The position numbers were made by a program, and so were the translations under genes. From Sphyrna mokarran (taxonomy: Eukaryota), in the NCBI GenBank assembly GCA_024679065.1, contig JAGIQG010000023.1:10416001-10480000 (forward strand): DNA of 64,000 nucleotides, read 5' to 3'. Numbering within the stretch: the stretch's first letter is position 1; the number at the start of each line of letters is the position of its first letter. Shown piece by piece: positions 63,598 through 64,000 of this stretch. Under the pieces are notes generated by a model. It did not search any database, was not told where the DNA came from, and saw nothing but the letters and a program-made list of their open reading frames with translations.

Positions 63598-64000
63598 AAT
63601 TTTATGATCATTTACTTCTTAGAATTTTCACATGCCGCGATGTTAGGAAGCACGATTATATTACAGTCAACACCAAAATTACAGTTATTCCCATTACATT
63701 AATATTCACAACCAAAATTATGCTAGGAATACAAATTTCTTTCACTCAATCAGTGGCTTCCTAGACCCTAAATTCTGTAATTTCTACACTAACACTTTCC
63801 ATCTCTTTAAAACTCTCCTAAGTTGCTGTTACCTGAGCAGTTGGTTGCCTATCCTGAGGTCTCATGATTTGACTCACCAATTTGTAAAATTGGTCTGATA
63901 ATATGCCTGGGAAAGGACTTTAATAGTTTTATGATATTAAAAGTGCTATGTAAATTCAAATCATTGTTCTTATGTTTGTCAAGTTGTATAAAGCATTTAG

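Overview
Eukaryotic, repeat-rich vertebrate DNA. The repeat inventory points to a cartilaginous fish (shark; possibly a carcharhiniform/houndshark, by inference): dozens of HE1-type tRNA-derived V-SINEs, Deu-domain SacSINE1-like SINEs, and CR1, L2, Rex1/Babar, RTE and Penelope fragments. The only protein-coding content I can support is two tandem + strand paralogues of the CD300/CMRF35/pIgR-like single Ig V-domain receptor family, reconstructed by hand from splice sites and phases. Gene A is complete: leader 27365-27404, IgV 38142-38474, stalk 40247-40295, TM+stop 43776-43875. It encodes 173 aa with an Arg in the TM segment and virtually no cytoplasmic tail, i.e. an activating, adaptor-coupled type. 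Gene B has leader 51146-51185, IgV 58973-59308 and stalk 59753-59789; its TM exon was not found in the window. Notable non-genic observations: a U2-snRNA-headed, SINEU-like repeat family (two headed copies plus one headless), hammerhead-ribozyme cores in Penelope fragments, two alternative 3' tails on the same V-SINE head, and local inverted/direct duplications. Almost all ORFs in the supplied track are spurious repeat translations. Repeat boundaries are approximate and were estimated by eye.
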